Positions 60,982 through 64,000 of a DNA stretch of 64,000 bases are shown here, in pieces (the stretch's first letter is position 1; each line of letters starts with the position of its first letter). Source of the stretch: Desulfatiglandales bacterium (GTDB lineage Bacteria; Desulfobacterota; DSM-4660; Desulfatiglandales; Desulfatiglandaceae). Under the pieces are notes generated by a model. That model saw nothing but the letters and a program-made list of their open reading frames with translations, ran no database searches and was not told the DNA's origin. The stretch lies in contig OY762721.1 of assembly GCA_963666345.1 (NCBI GenBank), forward strand, positions 2,624,001-2,688,000, in the 5' to 3' direction. A program made the translations under genes and the position numbers.

Positions 60982-62184
60982 ATGAGAAGTCTGGAAGGGA
61001 AAAAGGTGGTACTGGGTGTAAGCGGGGGCATCGCCGTATATAAGGCGGTTGAGCTGCTGAGACTCCTTGTGAGGGCAAAGATAGATGTAAAGGTGGCCAT
61101 GACAAAAAACGCAACCAGGTTCGTCTCGCCGCTGACCTTTGAGGCATTGTCGAAAAACAGGGTGATTTACGACATGTGGGAAGGAGACGGATCATCCATC
61201 GGCCATATCGAATGGGGTCAGGGCGCCGATCTTGTGATAATCGCCCCTGCAACGGCCAACATAATAGCCAAGGCGGCAAACGGCATCGGCGATGACTTCC
61301 TTTCGACCATGCTCCTGGCCGCTACAGCCGGGATAATGTTCTGTCCGTCGATGAACAGCCGGATGTATGAGAATCAGGCAGTGCGGGAAAACATCAATCG
61401 CCTGAAGAGCAGGGGCGCCGTGATAATGGCCTCGGGCGAGGGAGAACTGGCATGCCGTACTACCGGTCCCGGAAGGCTTCCGGAGCCGGCCGAAATAATG
61501 GAATACGCTTCCACCCTGCTTGCTCCACACGACCTTACAGGTCTAAAGATACTTATCACAGCCGGCCCTACTGTTGAACCGATGGATCCTGTTCGTTTCA
61601 TAAGCAACAGATCCTCGGGAAAGATGGGTTATTCGCTCGCAAAGGCGGCCAGGCGCAGGGGGGCCTCCGTGATACTTGTGAGCGGGCCGGTCTGTCTTGA
61701 ACCGCCTTTTGACGTAACCCTTTTAAGGACGGAAACAGCCGATGAAATGGAACAGGCGGTTTTTGACAAATACCGTGACTGTGATATCATCATAAAGGCT
61801 GCGGCCGTATCGGATTACAGGCCGAAAAGCCGTGAGCAAAACAAGATAAAAAAAGGTCCCGATTCGATGAAACTGGAACTTGTCCGGAACAGCGATATCT
61901 TAGGCCGGCTCGGGAAAAACAAGGGTGAGTCAAGGTTTGTGCTTGTCGGGTTTGCAGCTGAAACGGAAGATCTGCTCGAAAATGCCGGGAAGAAACTTAC
62001 AGCCAAGAATCTTGATATGATCGTTGCAAACGATGTATCTGCGTCCGATGCAGGTTTCGGAACGGATACAAACAGGGTCAAGATATTATACGCAGGGGGT
62101 GAAGTTGAGGATATCCCCCTGCTGGGGAAAGATGAAGTGGCGGATATAGTGCTTGAAAGGGCGAAACAACTGCTTCGGAAGTGA
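60982..62184 (+). CDS. coaBC: Bifunctional phosphopantothenoylcysteine decarboxylase/synthetase
   Basis: GVSGGIAVYK, APATAN, PSMN, TAGPT.E..DPVRFISNRSSGKMG, GFAAET. Confidence 0.95.
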   Translation: MRSLEGKKVVLGVSGGIAVYKAVELLRLLVRAKIDVKVAMTKNATRFVSPLTFEALSKNRVIYDMWEGDGSSIGHIEWGQGADLVIIAPATANIIAKAANGIGDDFLSTMLLAATAGIMFCPSMNSRMYENQAVRENINRLKSRGAVIMASGEGELACRTTGPGRLPEPAEIMEYASTLLAPHDLTGLKILITAGPTVEPMDPVRFISNRSSGKMGYSLAKAARRRGASVILVSGPVCLEPPFDVTLLRTETADEMEQAVFDKYRDCDIIIKAAAVSDYRPKSREQNKIKKGPDSMKLELVRNSDILGRLGKNKGESRFVLVGFAAETEDLLENAGKKLTAKNLDMIVANDVSASDAGFGTDTNRVKILYAGGEVEDIPLLGKDEVADIVLERAKQLLRK

Positions 62185-62216
62185 TTCGGGCTTTAGGAAT
62201 TTAAGGGCCATGCCGC

Positions 62217-63026
62217 TTGATAGATAAAAATAAACGTTATTTACCATTGTGCCGTAAGATGCCTGTTACTATTGCTGAAGACATAAAAGAGATCCTCAAG
62301 GACCTCAAAAAGACACTGCTTGTAATGGATAAAATGGGTTATGCCGTGCCGGCCGTTTCAACGGAGGCTTTAGGTTACCTGGAAAGCGGGATTTCCGCGC
62401 CTCCCTGCCGGCCGCTGTCGTCAAACGGCCGTGAAAGCGACAGGCCTGATGATATGGAGACCCTCAGGGAAGAATTAGGAGATTGCAGACGCTGTAAACT
62501 TCATAAGACAAGAAAGAATATCGTATTCGGAGAGGGATCAGACAGTGCAAGACTCGTTTTCGTGGGAGAGGGCCCCGGCAGAAATGAAGATATCCAGGGA
62601 AGGCCTTTTGTGGGAGAAGCAGGTGAGATGCTTTCAAGGATAATAAGGGCCATGGGGCTTACGAGGCGGGATGTGTTCATATGCAACGTGGTAAAGTGCA
62701 GGCCCCCGGCAAACCGCGACCCTGAAAGAGATGAAATCGAAACCTGTATGCCGTTTTTAAAAAGACAGCTTTCAATAATAAGGCCCGAGGTCATATGCAC
62801 CCTTGGCCGGGTTTCAACCCAGGCACTTTTGGGGAAGGATTTCAGGATAACCAGAGAAAGGGGAAAATGGCGCTCTTATGAGGGGATTCCCCTTATGCCT
62901 ACATTTCATCCCGCCTATATATTAAGGAATAAGCCGCGTGAAAAGGAGCTCAAGGGCCAGGTCTGGGATGACGTGCAGATGATAATGAAACGCATGGGCC
63001 TGGAGGTCAAAAGGAATGCCAAGTAG
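62217..63026 (+). CDS. Family-4 uracil-DNA glycosylase
   Basis: CRRCKL, VGEGPG..ED..G.PFVG, VKCRPP.NR, TFHPAY; start uncertain. Confidence 0.92.
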   Translation: MIDKNKRYLPLCRKMPVTIAEDIKEILKDLKKTLLVMDKMGYAVPAVSTEALGYLESGISAPPCRPLSSNGRESDRPDDMETLREELGDCRRCKLHKTRKNIVFGEGSDSARLVFVGEGPGRNEDIQGRPFVGEAGEMLSRIIRAMGLTRRDVFICNVVKCRPPANRDPERDEIETCMPFLKRQLSIIRPEVICTLGRVSTQALLGKDFRITRERGKWRSYEGIPLMPTFHPAYILRNKPREKELKGQVWDDVQMIMKRMGLEVKRNAK

Positions 63027-64000
63027 AAAACCGTTTTTTCTTTCCTGTTTTTTGATTTCTATTTTCTGCCTGTTTCATGTGTCCGTTATGGTTCAGCCTT
63101 CAGCCGCGGGCAATGAGGCCCTGGTAATAGAATTCGAGGGCCCTATCAACCCCGGTACCGCCATGTATGTGAAGCGGGGAATTGAAGAGGCCGATGAAAT
63201 GGGTGTGCATATCGCCGTTTTGAGGATGGATACCCCGGGCGGACTGGGTTCTTCCATGAGAACGATGGTCAAGGCGATACTCAATTCAAAGATTCCCGTA
63301 GTGGTATTCGTCGGACCGAGCGGGGCTGGAGCCGCGTCGGCAGGAGTTATGGTGACCGTTGCGGCCCATGTGGCTGCCATGTCCCCCGGCACCAATATCG
63401 GGGCGGCTCATCCCGTGACAGCGGGCGGCAAGGATATCGAAAAGACCATGTCTGAGAAGGTGGTAAACGACATGGCCGCTTATGCCAGGGGGATTGCCGA
63501 GGGCAAGGGGAGAAACGGCGAGTGGGTTGAAAAGGCGATCCGCGAGAGCGTGTCGATAACGGCCGACGAGGCGCTTGAGATAAAGGTGATCGATCTGGTG
63601 GCAAAAGACCTTGATGACCTTATGGAAAAGCTGGATGGAAGAGAAGTTCTACTGCCGGGCGGCAAAACCATCCTCAATACAAAGGGCATCGTCAGGACAC
63701 ATTACCGTCCCGGTTTCAGGGACAGGGTCCTGAGGACGATAAGTGATCCCAACATCGCCTATATACTAATGATGATAGGACTGGCAGGCCTTTATTTTGA
63801 GCTTGCGCACCCGGGCGCAATCTTTCCTGGGGTTATAGGGGCGATCTCCCTGGTTCTTGCTTTTTTTTCCTTTCAGACCCTGCCTGTAAACTATGCCGGG
63901 CTTCTTTTGATTGCCCTGGCAATAATCTTTTTTGTTGCAGAAGTTATGGTTACAAGTTATGGAATTCTTTCAATCGGCGGATTGATTTCATTGACCATAG
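63016..64000 (+). CDS. nfeD: NfeD membrane-bound serine protease (3' end outside the window; absent from the ORF track)
   Basis: MPSRKPFF.. signal, GPINPG, MDTPGG, AASAG, AAMSPGTNIGAAHPV, EKVVND, DPNIAYIL, ELAHPG. Confidence 0.9.
   Translation, partial: MPSRKPFFLSCFLISIFCLFHVSVMVQPSAAGNEALVIEFEGPINPGTAMYVKRGIEEADEMGVHIAVLRMDTPGGLGSSMRTMVKAILNSKIPVVVFVGPSGAGAASAGVMVTVAAHVAAMSPGTNIGAAHPVTAGGKDIEKTMSEKVVNDMAAYARGIAEGKGRNGEWVEKAIRESVSITADEALEIKVIDLVAKDLDDLMEKLDGREVLLPGGKTILNTKGIVRTHYRPGFRDRVLRTISDPNIAYILMMIGLAGLYFELAHPGAIFPGVIGAISLVLAFFSFQTLPVNYAGLLLIALAIIFFVAEVMVTSYGILSIGGLISLTI

Overview
64-kb chromosomal window from an anaerobic bacterium. Gene content (Hdr/Flx, CooS, sigma54 two-component system) suggests Desulfobacterota (inference). 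I saw no rRNA, tRNA, CRISPR array, prophage or intact transposase. Main blocks: (1) hdrA-mvhD/flxD-flxCBA electron-bifurcation cluster, in which hdrA and mvhD each carry an in-frame TGA at a conserved Cys position followed by a SECIS-like hairpin (the ORF track truncates both); (2) NUDIX, AsmA-like protein, fused AccA-AccD carboxyltransferase, MFS, HDAC-GNAT pair, MBL hydrolase; (3) carB followed by a PurF-like gene whose glutaminase site is degenerate, with no carA in the window; (4) ferritin-like gene, hsp20 with a divergent putative tandem-RHH regulator, PocR/PAS kinase, sigma54 regulator, usp; (5) gpgS-gpgP-ggs glucosylglycerate cluster with an apparent ATC start codon; (6) DsbD, a decayed four-helix-bundle gene inside short repeats, ppsA-fabH; (7) Fur/PerR-family regulator and cooS sharing a palindromic operator; (8) DUF3108, YdbH-like protein with a YnbE-YdbL-like fusion, gmd-fcl, LysM/SPOR, coaBC, UDG, nfeD. 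All calls come from motif recognition by eye; no searches were run.
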